Assembly (NCBI RefSeq): GCF_018977255.1
Contig: NW_024704769.1
Coordinates: 2,976,001 to 3,040,000 of the forward strand
Direction of reading: 5' to 3'
DNA: 64,000 nucleotides
Origin: Callorhinchus milii
Taxonomy: Eukaryota
Shown here: positions 49,855 to 62,944 of the stretch, in pieces
Numbering within the stretch: the stretch's first letter is position 1
How the letters are laid out: the number at the start of each line of letters is the position of its first letter
Notes under the pieces: model-generated
Seen by the model: only the letters and a program-made list of their open reading frames with translations
Databases searched by the model: none
What the model was told of the DNA's origin: nothing
Made by a program: the position numbers and the translations under genes

Positions 49855-50649
49855 GGTGGGTAAGGCATTTTTTTTTAAAAAGGAATTGTCCCTGATGGGG
49901 ACTGAACTCAAAGGGGCACACCCAGAGATATTCAGCCCAGATTTAATCATCGTGTGTTGTGTTTCGAAGCTCAGGATGATTGTAATGAATCTAATCACTC
50001 CGCACGCCTGTCTTATCCAGCAGTGAGCAGGAACGCGGGTTGTTAGTCGATTGGCGGAGGTAATAATCCCTTCAAAAAAATATACAAACAGAATGATAAT
50101 TTGCTCACTCAGTCCACGGCTGTTTGTGGGGACGCTGCTGTGCGCAATTGGCTGCTGCGTTTCGCCCACAAAATATACATTTCATTTCACTTTACAGTGT
50201 ATCCTGTGCAGCGCTTTGAGACGCTTCGAGGACTTGATAAGGCGCTGCATCAAATGCGAGGATTATTATTATTAATTATAATCACACAATGACTATAATC
50301 ATCAAATAATATGTTAAAAAATACGGATTGATAATTAAAGTCATCGTTATGGTTACAATAATGATTAAAAATGCCCTGTGGTGCGCATGGGGTAAAAAAG
50401 AGAGAACTCCAGTAGGGAAAACCTCAGACAAGCCGCCCCCCCCCCCCCCCACCCCACCACACCGGCCCCACCAAACACCCTAAACCGACTGCTTGTGGGG
50501 CGCTCACTGAGAGCTGCAGCTGTTTGCCTACGAAATACACAGTCGCGCTTTAAGAGGTTGCGCTCAGTGCATGTGATGAATGAATGTGGTCAGTTGCAGC
50601 ACCGTTCTTGCCCAGAGGCTGACTTCTGCACGAGGCCGTTTGCATTCCC

Positions 50650-51172
50650 GCTACGACATCCTTAATTAACGCTTCTAGAACTTTCCCTACCACCGATGTC
50701 AGACTAACTGGTCTATAGTTCCCCGTCGTTCCTCTCCCACCCTTCTTAAACAGTGGCGTGACGTTTGCGATCTTCCAATCACTGGGAACTGTTCCAGAAT
50801 CCAAAGAATTTTGGAAGATCAGACACAAGGCCTCCACACTCTCATGAGTGACCTCCTTTAAAACCGCAGGATGCAGACCGTCAGGTCTTGTCCCTTTTTT
50901 CCCTCACACCAATTCTTTGCTAATGTAAATTTCCCTAAGTTGCTCCCTATCATTAGCCCCGTGATTCATCTCTATTTCCGGTAAACTTCTCGTGTCTTTC
51001 TCACGTGAAGACAGAAGCAAAGTATTTATTTAGGGGCTCTGCCATATCCTTATCCCCCATTATAATTCCTCCTGTCTCTGCCTGTAATGGACCCACATTT
51101 ACTTTTGCGAGCCTATTCCTCTTAATGTATTTATGAAAACTCTTACAATCTGCCTTAATGTTTCCTAATTAA
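50650..51172 (-). mobile_element. CR1 LINE ORF2 internal fragment
   Basis: EALCLIFQNSLDSGTVPSDWKIANVTPLFKKGGR..GNYRPVSLTSVVGKVLE, the RT N-terminal region. Confidence 0.9.
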
Positions 51173-51176
51173 GGTT

Positions 51177-52093
51177 TAATAATAATAATAATAATAATCC
51201 TTGCATTTGATATAGCGCTTTTCACGTCGGGAGGACGTCCCAAAGCGCTTCACAGAATATACTGTAAAGTGAATTGACTGTATATCTGTGGGCGAACGCG
51301 GCGGCCAATTGCGCACAGCAATGCCCCACAAACAGTCGTGGATTGAAGATGACCAATTTATTATTGTTTTTTTGGGAGGGATTATTATTAGGGCCGTGTG
51401 TGGAGTAAGGAAACTTGCCCAAGGTTTCGCCCCCACCCGGGAATCGAACCCGAGTCCTCGCGCTTGCGGGTCCGGGGGGGTCTAACCACTACGCTGCAGG
51501 GCTTAAATTTAGTGTAAGTCACCAGATTTTTTTTTAAAAAAGGGTTGGGTTTGGATGGGCTTCAACTGAGCCATTGCCAAGAGCTCAAGAGGAAGGCAGA
51601 GCGACATGTGCTGCGATACCACTTTTCCGCCACGCGATGGCGGTGTTGCACTGCGATTCAGACAACCGCTACGCTCAGACTGGAACTGCGCCGCCTGGTG
51701 GCCACTCAGTGGCATTACATGGACCTCTGGTGACTTGGACCTACTTTGGGGACCTCTATAATAATAATAATAATAATAATAATAATCCTTGCATTTGATA
51801 TAGCGCTTTTCACGTCGGGAGGACGTCCCAAAGCGCTTCACAGAACACACTGTAAAGTGAATTGACTGTATATTTGTGGGCGAACGCGGCGGCCAATTGC
51901 GCACAGTAATGTCCCACAAAGTGTTGTAGATTGAAAATGACCAATTTATTATTGTTTTTCGTTTTGGAGGAATTATTATTAGGCTCTGTGTGGAGTAAGG
52001 AAACTTGCCCGAGGTTTGGCCCTCTGCCTGGAATTGAACTCAGGTCTCTCGCTCGCAAAGCGAGTGCTCTAACCACTGAGCTACAGGACTCCA
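51177..52093 (-). mobile_element. Two tandem copies of the young tRNA-Ala SINE subfamily (51177-51500 and 51760-52093)
   Basis: Long (ATT)n tails and intact heads. Confidence 0.85.
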
Positions 52094-55000
52094 CGGTTTG
52101 GGTGCCCGCGTCACCCACTTTGAGACCTGCTCCCAACCTGAAAGGCGCCGTGTGTGCGCGTGTGCGCGTGTGCGTGTACTTGCGCGTGTCAATTGTATCG
52201 TGCGAACCAAAAGCCGATCCAAAGCAGGTCATCTCCCCGTTCAGTCCAGCGAGAGGACCCGGGTTCGATTCCCAGACCCCCAAGTGTTTCCCGCAATAAA
52301 CCGCAAAGGGAAATTGACTGTGTATTTCGTGGGCGAATGGCTTGATACGAATGTATTGCCTCACTCAGGATTAGACAACAAACAGAACTGTGGTTGGTTG
52401 TCTTTCTGGACAAGCAATGTGGCCTTAGCCGGTTACCCCCAACGTACAGTCTGGGCTCCCCCATTCCTCTCCCCCACCCCTCGCCAACCGGCACCTAATA
52501 CTCTCTTAGGGCTTAGATAAGGAGGTTGCGTCCCTCCAGGAAGAGAGAGAGAGAGAGAGAGAGAGAAGGAGAGAGAGTGCATTCCATTCCAGACTACAGA
52601 GTATTTTCCAGGTGTAGATGTCAGCCACAGGTAGAATTCTCAAGCACTCAATCCAATTCAAACCCAATTGGTATCCAGTTTGCAGTCGAAGCGCATGTGT
52701 GCGCACGTATGTGCGTGTGTGTTTGGTGAGGAAGGAATTATACAGTGCTCCGGGACCCTATCTCACATGAAAGGCATTGTATAAATGCGTTGCACAGCAA
52801 CTATATATTATGTTAGTGTCAGAGCAACAGTTAGACAGACTGAGCTGAAAGGAGACATCGCCCAGGAGACCTCGAGGTGAATAATGCTTAATTGGGACCA
52901 TGGGTTTAGAGTTGCAAAGGGCAATTTCAGGACACAACCACGGAGTTAGAGCACGACCGACTGCAAGAAGGAAACCACGTGCAAAATCCTGGTGTTAAGT
53001 GAATTTGATGTGGCGCCTTATCAAGTGGTTGAGATGTCTCTCTCTGGGGGGGAGCGGGAGAGAGGGCTGTAGAGTACTGGAGGTCCCGGCCTTCGGAATA
53101 AGCCGTTAAACCGAGCTCCTCGTCTGTGCCCTATTCAGGTGGACGTTAAAGACCTCCCATCGTGTCAAACTATTATCTCCTCACTCCTATGTTTAGTTAA
53201 AAGGCCTTGTGTTAACGCCAGTCATTGATATCGCTCCTGGTTTGAGTGTGAACATTCCTGCGAGTCTCCGTGGAACCCACTTTTAATTAGCTGCAGTGAT
53301 TATCATTAGATTTAATAGAGGAGTTCAACATGATGTGGGGTTTTGATGGAGTAGATAGGGGAGAAACTATTTCCACTGGTGCGTGGGTGGGTCAGTAACC
53401 AGGGGACACAGATTCAAGATAATTGGCAGAAGAACCAGAGGGGAGACGAGGAGAAATGTTTTCCCCAGAGAGTTGTTAGCATCTGCCCTGCCTGAAGCCA
53501 ATTCATTTTACAGGATGTTCTGTGAATCGCTTTGAGACGTCTCAGAGACGTGATAAGGCGCTGTATCGAATGCGAGGATTATTTATTCTTATTATTCTTA
53601 TTGCCTGTCGGTGAGAGACAATTGTGAGATAGGGGTTATGCCCCAACGAGCCCTCTGAACCTCCCTCGGCTCCTTCAAGGCCCTCCTCTTCGACCGTACC
53701 TTCGATCACCCTCCTGCCCCCTCTCCTCCCCGCCCGCCACCCCTCCTGATCCCAGCCCCCAAACTCGGGTAACTGTCCTCCTGACATGAACGGCTCCTTC
53801 CTGTCCTGAAATTAATTGCCCCCTTTTCCCGACTCGTTAAAAAGCCCTCACCCTCTCGTTCTGTCGTCTCAAGTGCAAAAGGAAAGCACGGGTTTAAACC
53901 TGTTATCGCTGCGCTGAAAAGAAATCAAGGCTCAAAGATGCCCTTTGATTGAAGCCGAAGCATCTCACGGTTTAGTCTGTGTGTGTGTGTGAGTGAGCGT
54001 GTGATTAGCACACAGGCACTCAGAGGGATAAATGTTTGGCCTCAAAGAAAATAGCGCAGCGGGATTGAGTTATTCAGAGGCTTGGATAGGAATTGCAAGC
54101 GCCAACTCCCACCAAGGTCACGGCAAAGAGGTTTGCGAGTGCCTTCAGCCTCGGAAGTGACTTTGAACCGCACAGGTCGCTATTTCGGAGCTATTGTGGA
54201 GCGAGAGGAGAGGCAATGGCCTCTCAGCACTTTAAACGCCGACCACTTCAGCTGAAAAAGCAGCCGCGCTGGACTTTTACATCCTCGCTGCCTAACTCCC
54301 CCCTTCCCTGTTTGTGTCGTAATAATAGGTGATGGTGGTGTTGCCCCTTATCACGTCTTTGCGGAGTCTCAAAGCGCTTCGCAGGATAGGCCGTAAAGTG
54401 GAGTGACTGTGGATTGATGTCGGGAGGACGTCTCAAGGCGCTGGACAGTCAGGGATTTGGGGGTTGGGATCAGGAGGGGGTGGAGGGGAGGGTGGGGGTA
54501 GGAGGGGGAATAGTAGGCACGGTTTGGAGAGGAGGGACAGAGGGGCAGAGAGAGGCTGAAGGGCTTGACCGTCGCTGGCGGGGCGAGCTGGGCAGGGGGG
54601 ACGTGGAGCGAGTAGGGGAGTGGATAAGCAGCCAAATTGAGCGCTGGGACGTCCCACAGTATTAGAGTGTCGTCTGTAAACACGGGCGTTAACGGGAGCC
54701 AAGACACGTACACACGCACACACACACACACACACGCACACGCGGCAGAGGATTTGAAAGACTATCAGCAGATGATAAATTCTCAAGCGTCATTTTGTTG
54801 AGGTGCGTTATCAGTGACATATTACGGAGCTACTTGCAATACATCAACCGCCGAATCCGCAAGAAAGCCGGCATCTCCCCGGGAATGCTAAACACTGCGT
54901 TCACTAACGTCCGACAGAACGCTGCTCACAGTAAAGTTAGCCCCCCCACCCCCCACCCCCTCTCTCCCACAAAGGACACAGTCACCACACTCTGCAGCGA

Positions 55001-55899
55001 AGCGCTTTTGAAACGCCTCGAAGACGTGATAAGGCGCCATATCGAATGCAATCATTTTTATTTGTCAGCTCCTTGTGTGTGGGGAGTGGGGAGGGGGGGG
55101 GGAAACCAAGCTGGCAATTCTTTTCTCTCCGTCTAAAGGGAAGTGTATTCTTTAATAATAATCCTTGCATTTGGTCCAACGCCTTATCACGTCGACGAGA
55201 CGTCTCAAAGCGCTTCGCAGGATACACTGGAAAGTGGATTGAATTTGTGGGCGAAATGTGGATCGAGTGACCAAATTATTATAATTATTCTTTTTCTCGA
55301 AGGGGCTATCAACCCCGGAAAAGCGATAATAAAAGAAAACCGCCCTCCCCTTTTCTTTCACGTCCACAGGAACAAGGCAGACGGGGAGTGAGGTTTAACG
55401 TCTCATCCGAAGGATAATGCTGCGCTCGCGCTCTCAACCCCCCCTCCCTCTCTCTCTCTCTCTCTGCCCCCAGTGCCGGGCTGGAGTGTCAGCCAGGACC
55501 GCGTATAAAGGATAAATAAATCGAGACGCACTCTTAATCCACAGAAAGAATGTTTTATGTTGTGTGTGGGTGGGAGAGTACAACAGTAAAGCCATTAAAG
55601 GGGAGTAACCCTTTAAAACCGGTTATTCCTGCATGAGGGTCACTTTGTGTCAACAGCAGAAAGGAGACAGTCAAAGAGATCGGTTATCCGTTAATATGTC
55701 CTCAACAAGAACAGCTGCACATAAATGCTTGTGGACAACACGAGAATCACAAGGGACGAACGAGAGAGAGAGGAATGAAAGCAGATGCAGTAAATATAAG
55801 AGTGCAACAATCATTTAGCAATCAATTGAACCAGTGTTTGATGTAAGGTCTGTTATCCATTGCTTTCCAAACCCAATAAATTGGCCAATTCACCCTCCA

Positions 55900-56275
55900 T
55901 CGTAGAATCTTAACAGCACAGAAGGAGGCCATTCGGCCCATCGTGCCAGTCTGTGGCGGCTGCCGACGAGTCCCACTCCCTCCGCTCTTACCCCATCGCA
56001 GCCCTGCACAGTTTTCCTCTTTAAATCCCTCTCCAATTCCCTTTTTTCGCAAGTTATTATCGCATCTGCCTCCACCAAGCCTTTCAGGCCGTGAGTTCCG
56101 GACCGTAACAAGTCTCCTCGTCTCCCCTCTGATTCTTTTGCCGATTATCTGGTGTCCTCTGGTTACCGACCCGCCCGCCCGCCGGAGGAGACACATAGGG
56201 AGGAACCGTGGAAACCCCTCCTAATTTTGAACACCCTCTAATAAATCTCCCCTCAACCTTCTCTCCATTGCACGG
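55900..56275 (-). mobile_element. CR1 LINE 3' fragment
   Basis: RRLRGDLLE.. and TRGHQIIGKR coding with the AGGCCATTCGGCCC end. Confidence 0.8.
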
Positions 56276-56644
56276 AGTGTGAAGTGAGTTTCGGTTTGGG
56301 TCACAGCACGAAAACGCCCTGAATTCAGCTCCGAGAGCCCAAATAACTGTCTGTATTGACCCCGTCTGCGCGCAGAAACGTCCCACAAACAGTCACAAAG
56401 TGAGTGAGCCGACGTGGAGAAACTGGAGTCGAATAGAGCCTCGGGGAGAGCTTTAATGTCTGTCACGCAGACGGGAACCTTGGTTTAATGTCTCATCTGA
56501 TTGGAGCATCGGCCTGAGCTGTGGGGATAGAGCCACTGATGCAGGGATTGAACCCACAACCTTCTGAGTCGGAGGTGTGAGAGAGAGAGAGAGAGAGAGC
56601 ACAGACCAAACCCGGCCCAGATCAACCACGTGGCTCCCACCTCA

Positions 56645-57012
56645 GAATAATAACAACCCTCGAGTTTGATCCCAGTGCCTCATCACGTCTCTTCGAGACG
56701 CCTCGAAGCGCTTCACGGGAGACGCCGTACAAGCGAATCGCACGCGTGTTCTGTGGGCGAAACGCGGCAGCCAATTGCGCACAGCAGCGTCCCCGCAAAC
56801 AGTCGTGGATCGAGTGACCGAATTATTATTATTATTATTTTTTGAAGGGATCATTAACCCCGGAAAAGCCATCCGCCAATCGAATAACAACCTACGTACC
56901 GCTTGGTAAACAGAGGCGTGTAGCGCGGGGAGTGAAGAAAAATTGCCTAACGTGTCGGGAATCGAACCCGGGTCCTCTGGCTTGCGAGGCGAGTGCTCTA
57001 ACCACGAGGCCA
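56645..57012 (-). mobile_element. tRNA-derived Deu-like SINE
   Basis: Full-length copy downstream of the UNC5D stop codon. Confidence 0.8.
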
Positions 57013-57312
57013 CACGGCAGTGCCTTACACACATCCAATTGACATTCAACGCACTCAGAGAGAGTTGAATGTCCGTAACGTCGCAAATTTCAATCAAATA
57101 ATTTGATGATTAATTGATACAATTAGCAGTAACTGGTGCACCCTTAATGGAAATATATATATATATATATACTGATTCCTTATGTACATACGCATCCAAA
57201 CATCTGGACATTAAACCTTTTTTTTTTTTGCATTTCCTGAGAAATCGTTCCTTTGAGTGGGGCGAGCGAAGCTGGTTTCAGTTTATCTCCTCAGACCAGC
57301 TATTCCCCCACC

Positions 57313-60300
57313 TCAACCACCGTAGTTGTAGTCTGTCTTCTCTTTGACGTCCGCTCTGACGGGGTTTGAACCCTGGATCCTCCCAATCTCCTCCAGGGCA
57401 CTGGCTAAGGAGTCCAGGTCTCGATCATTCTGATGCTGGGCTTCCCAGATGTCTAAGATGGCACTGGACGGACTGCTTCTCATTGCAAAATAGCTCAGGT
57501 TCCTGGGAACGTAGGAATTAATGATATAATAACAATCACAACCGCCTCATCACGTCGTTGAGACGTCTCAAAGCGCTTCACACGATACGCTGTAAAGTGG
57601 AGTGACTGTATATTTTTTGGACGACCAATTGAGCACAGCCTTGTCCCACAAACAGTCGTTAATTGAGCGACCAAATTAATTTTTTTTTTGGAGGGATTAT
57701 TACCCCCGGAAAAGCGATCCACCAATCGACTAACAACTGGGTTCCTACTTGCCGCTGGGTAAATGGTGTGTGTGTGTGTGCGTGTGTGTGCGTGGAGTAA
57801 GGAAACTTGCCTAAGGCTTCGCTCTGACCCCATCCGGGAATCGAACCCGGGTCCCGCGGCTTGCGAGGGGAGGACTCTAAACTCTAAACCACGTACCTGT
57901 CAATGTGCAGTTTTTGTGCTAACAGGCGCCAGTCTTTGCCTGACGCGCTGGGGACATCAAATGTAGAGCAGATTTTCTGTCGGATGGAGTAAGGGATCTT
58001 AAAAACTTTGGGGCCGGGCAAGCTGGTCACCGAGCTGCCCATTTGTGCTTGGTATTGAACCGCTTCTCTCTGACTCTGAAAGGACGTGAGAACATAAGGA
58101 TTTGCTGGCGAGAGGAGATCACGGTCCATCTAGTTCGCCTTCCACCATCCTGGCAAGTCCCTTGACATGTCGTGTCCCCAAACTAGACACGGTCTCCCCA
58201 GACCCCCCCCCCCCCCCATCTCCCCCAGGTATTATTTTCTAGCAGAAATCTATCTCATTTGTTCTTGAAACGAAGCACATTCTCTGCTTCCACCGTCTGT
58301 CTGTCTGTCTCCAGCGTCCCACAAACAGCCGTGGATTGAGTGAGTGACCAAATTATTATTATTTTTTGATTTATTATTTTATGGAGGGAAGAAAGCGATC
58401 CGTCAATCGACTAACAACCGAGTTCCTACTTTACTGCTGGTAGACAGAGGCGTGTGTGGAGTAAGGACACTTGCTTAAGGTTATATCTCTCTCTCTCTCT
58501 CTCTCACCTTGAGGATGCACGGACAGAGGTGGAAGGTCTGATCGCTGCCTTTGAGCTGTTGGACGCGGATCCTGCAGGAGAGTTGGGCGTTGGTGGAGCT
58601 GAATTTCTCCACGGTGAAGGCACAAGACAGAGGCCGCTGGTTACTGCACCAAATGTGGGAAAAGGCAAATTCCTGCTGGGAGAGAGGACAAGGCAGAAAT
58701 TAAATGACACGTCACTCGCCTCTCCTTAAACACTCCTTCCGCCTTCCAATGTGCCAGGTTGTGTCGTGGTTCACTGGTGTAACCTCCCGCCCTGAGACAC
58801 TGGGCAGCCAAGCTCCGAATCTGCCCTTCGTTACACACTCGCGCGCTCCCTCCCTCACGCACACTCACTGGTACCCACTAGCTCCCTCCCTGACTTGCTC
58901 ATCTTTTGGAATAATAATAATAATAATCCTTACGTTCGACACAGCCCCTTATCCCGTCTTTGAGACGTCTCAAAGCGCTTCACAGGACACACGGTCAAGT
59001 GAATTGACCGTACGCTTTGGGGGCGAAACGCGGCAGCCAATTGCGCCCAGCGACGTCCCCACAAACAGCCTCGGATCGGGTCGAAGGGATTATTACCCCC
59101 GGATCCGCCAATCGACTAACAACCGGGTTCCCACTTACCGCTGGGTCAACGGACTCACGCGGAGGAAGAAAACCCGCCGAAGGTTTTTTCGCCCCTGCCC
59201 GCTTGCGAGGCCGGCTCCCTAACCGCTATGCTACGGGATTCCACTGGGGGATAAAGCAGGGACGGAGAGGGAGGGAGTTAAAGAAAAATCCCAGGTACCT
59301 GAAGTGCAGCTGGTGGCTTAGTTCTCCACGAGAGTTGGGGCATATCCAGGAGAGAGACTTGAAGGCCATAAGAGTTTGCTCTGAAAGGTAAAGTCCTGGG
59401 ATGTTCCAGTAGTTGGCAGCCATGGTTTCGCTCCTCCCTCAGTACCTCCTGGGAGCGGAGAAAGCAACACGTTTACAACAACAGCAACAACAACACGCAC
59501 GTGCGTAGCCCCCTCCCCGCAGGATAGCGCCTCAGAGCCCCGGCACCGCCAAGCTCACCGGGGGACGCTATCCCGTGCGATAAGTGCGGCCCGTGGAGGA
59601 GCCAACCGGGAGCAGCGTGAGCCGTGTCCGACTCACCTGCAGTGCGCTCGGGGTGTCGTTCATGCAGTACACGCGGAAGGTGTATTCCAGGGCGTCGCAG
59701 GACTCGGAGCCGAAGATGGCGAGTTTCAGCCTCTTCTCTGCGCTCTCCGTCAGGGCCTCGCCCACCAGCGCGTACGTGCCGAGCTGCTCCAGGAGGATGT
59801 GGGAGGAGACCGCCTCCATCAGGCAGTAACAAGAAGTGGACTCATCTTCCAGCGACATGACTTCCTGGGGAAGACCGATCGATCGGTTAGGGTAAGCGGG
59901 GGCGGGGGGGGGGGCGGGGGCGGGGGCGGGGGGCGGGGGGCGGGGGGCGCGGGAATTCTCAGCTTGGTTTGGAGACTCTTAAACACGGTGATGGGTTTCC
60001 CCAAAGATGCACATACACACACACACACATATACACACACACATACACACACACACACATATACGCAGATATAATAATAATAATAATCCTTGCATTTGAT
60101 ATAGCGCTTTTCACGTCGGGAGGACGTCCCAAAGCGCTTCACAGAATATACTGTAAAGTGAATTGACTGTATATTTGTGGGCCAACGCGGCAGCCAATTG
60201 CGCACAGCAATGTCCCACAAACAGTCGTAGATTGAAAATGACCAATTTTTATTATTGGTTTTTGTTTTGGAGGATTATTATTAGGCGAGTGGAGTAAGGA

Positions 60301-62944
60301 AACTTGCCCAAGGTTTCGCCCTGACCTGCCTGGAATTGAACTCAGGTTTCTCACTTGCAAAGCGAGTGCTCTAACCACTGAGCTACAGGACTCCGAAACA
60401 CACATACACACATACTCACACAGATACACAGACAAACACATACACTCACACAGACACACACATACAAACATGTACATGCGTGCAAACGTATACATACACA
60501 CACACGAACGAACACACACAAACCTACACACACGCAGAACAGAGACATCGAGCCTTTTAGGGTTCCTCCCATCACATCACATCACATCACATCACATCAC
60601 ATCACATCAAACCTTCAAAGCCGCATTGACTTTTTTGCTCTCTATAAATTCACCACTAATTCTGTCTCGGAAATGCAGAGTTACCAAACCTTTTTATTTC
60701 CCGCAGTAAACTGCATGGACGTTAACGGGAAGTGCAGCAAGGTCAGTGCGNNNNNNNNNNNNNNNNNNNNNNNNNNNNNNNNNNNNNNNNNNNNNNNNNN
60801 NNNNNNNNNNNNNNNNNNNNNNNNNNNNNNNNNNNNNNNNNNNNNNNNNNNNNNNNNNNNNNNNNNNNNNNNNNNNNNNNNNNNNNNNNNNNNNNNNNNN
60901 NNNNNNNNNNNNNNNNGTGAGCGTGTGTGTGTGTGGTACGTGTGTGTGTGTGTGCGTGTGTTGCTGGAGCCTAAAAAGAAAAACCGTTTCCAAAGACTCG
61001 CCAGACGGTGGAGTGTGAGCTGAGCTGGTTAAACAACGACGACGACGATGACAACAAAGTGAGCTCAAAGTCCTGACGTGGGGCTGAAACCCACATCCGT
61101 CTGACCCAGAGGACAGAGCGCGATCAATCACCCTACCTCCCACTTTCCCCGGGTGACCCGTCTCCTCAGCTTAATGTTCCACTGTTGGGAGCACATCACA
61201 GCACAGTGTGGGACAGTCAGGGCGATGGGGCAGGACAGGGTTAATCCCGATGGACCACAAGATACCTCCGGACTCAACAGAGTCTCAGCTCCTTCCAACT
61301 GCAAACTGCAAACAGGGAAACAAGAGCAAACACACAATCTCTCTCTGGGACCCAAATTATTATTATTATTTAGTTATCTATCTATTTATTTGGGAGGGAT
61401 TATTGCCGCTGGAAAAGCGATCGGCCAATCGACTAACAACCGGGTTCCTACTTACTGTTGGGTAAACAGAGGTGTGTGTGTGTGTGTGTGGAGTTAAGGA
61501 AACTCGCCCAAGGTTTCGTCCCGCCCGGGAATCGAGATTAAACGGGACGCAGCCCTTTGAATAATTAACGTCCCCGTTCAGCGCAGCTGAGCTGGTGCTT
61601 CGGACGACGAGGGGCAAAGAAGGAGGTTTCTACAGCGAACAGATTAAACCCCCCCCCACCCACCCCCCAAAAGTCTAGAGTTTATTTCCAGTGTCTGGGG
61701 AGCAAATCCCGATGCAGTTATTTGGCCTCTTGCAAGTCGTCCTTTGGATTAGACGTTAAACCCCACCCCCCGTCTGCCTGTACAGGTGGACGTTAAATCC
61801 ACGTGATCTCCCGCGACGCTGGTCGAAAAGGGAAGGGAGTTTCTCTCTCTCTCTCTCTCTCTTTCCCTGTGTCCTGGCTGACAATTCCCCCAAGTTACAA
61901 TTGGGAATAATAATCAATAATTATCCGGGGAGACCGTCTGGAGTTTGGGACGTGACATGTCCGAGCCACTGCCAGGACGTTCCCGACTCACTTCACGACT
62001 GTTTTGTGGGGACGTCGCTCTGGGCAACCGTCCTCCGCGTCTCGCCCACAGAATACACGGCCGCTGCACTTTACGGTGTATCCTGAGAAGCGCTATGAGG
62101 CGTCTCGGCGATGTGATGAGGCTCTCTCGCTCTCTCTCTCTCCCTCCCCCCCAAGCACTACTGTTCGGGGGCGGGAGGGGGGGGTTTCAGTCTAGTCTAT
62201 GAGCTCAAAGTCCCCGATAAGGGGGCTCAACCCCACAAGCTTTGGGCTCGGAAACCGACTGAGCCAGTGAGCGCCGAAACCTTGTTCCTTACTCACCTGG
62301 ACTCTCGGTCCTGGATCACGACGTACAGTTCCCAGGAATTGCCTTCGGGAATGGCCCCGAGCGGAACGACCATGCTGACTCCTGACATTCAACAACGAAA
62401 AAAGAATTGGCCCGTGGGTCAACAACAACAACAACTCGCATTTAGATAGCGCGCTTCGTGCTGCCAAGTTGGTGTAAAGAGAGGCGAGTGCCTGTGTGTC
62501 AGAGCCTCTATAGGGGGACACGCACATCCGATCGCGACGTAGCCTGTGAAACGCAGAGCGAGTGCTCACCTTGAACGGGGTCGATCAGGCACCCGCCTAG
62601 ACAGCCGAACGTACCCGAGGTCGTGTGCAGAACCATGGAGGCCGCCATGAGGTGGTGAGGGCCCGAGGAGTTACTTTCAGCTGCGGCTTTATCCAGGGCT
62701 TTGCTGCTGTGACGAGGAAACGTCCTTGAGGGCCCTTTGCTGTGATACTTCACTCCTCCGCCGACTCCCAGGGAAACCATCAGGGAGCTCTGTACCTTCA
62801 CCTTGATGCCCGGCAAGGAGTCAAACAGGGGAGACTCAGTCTTTATGTCTTTATCTCCTGGGTCTTGGAAGCAGATTGGCCCAGTGTAGGTCCTACTCAC
62901 TGTTAGGTCAGGCTGCAGCGAAGAGTTCAGAAGCAGAGAATTAC
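57313..62944 (-). CDS. UNC5D: Netrin receptor UNC5D, cytoplasmic exons (ZU5, UPA, death domain); 5' exons lie beyond the window end
   Basis: Exons 62944-62570, 62381-62297, 61305-61137, 59864-59637, 59448-59299, 58672-58508, 58075-57897, 57502-57313 join in frame: GNSLLLNSSLQPDLTVSRTY..IKVKVQSSLMVSLG..GAIPEGNSWELY..LLSPEVSCGP..LGTYALVGE..FKIPYSIRQKIC..GKDWRLLAQK..NLSYFA..DLDSLASALEEIGR. Confidence 0.93.
60070..60393 (-). mobile_element. tRNA-Ala SINE, young short subfamily
   Basis: Near-identical to 30758-31072. Confidence 0.85.
60751..60916. other. Assembly gap
   Basis: Run of N. Confidence 1.

Noticed and set aside
52020-52093. tRNA-Ala-like cloverleafs (TGC or CGC anticodon) at many positions
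   Set aside because: They are SINE heads: the acceptor stem is imperfect and each continues into the SINE body and tail.
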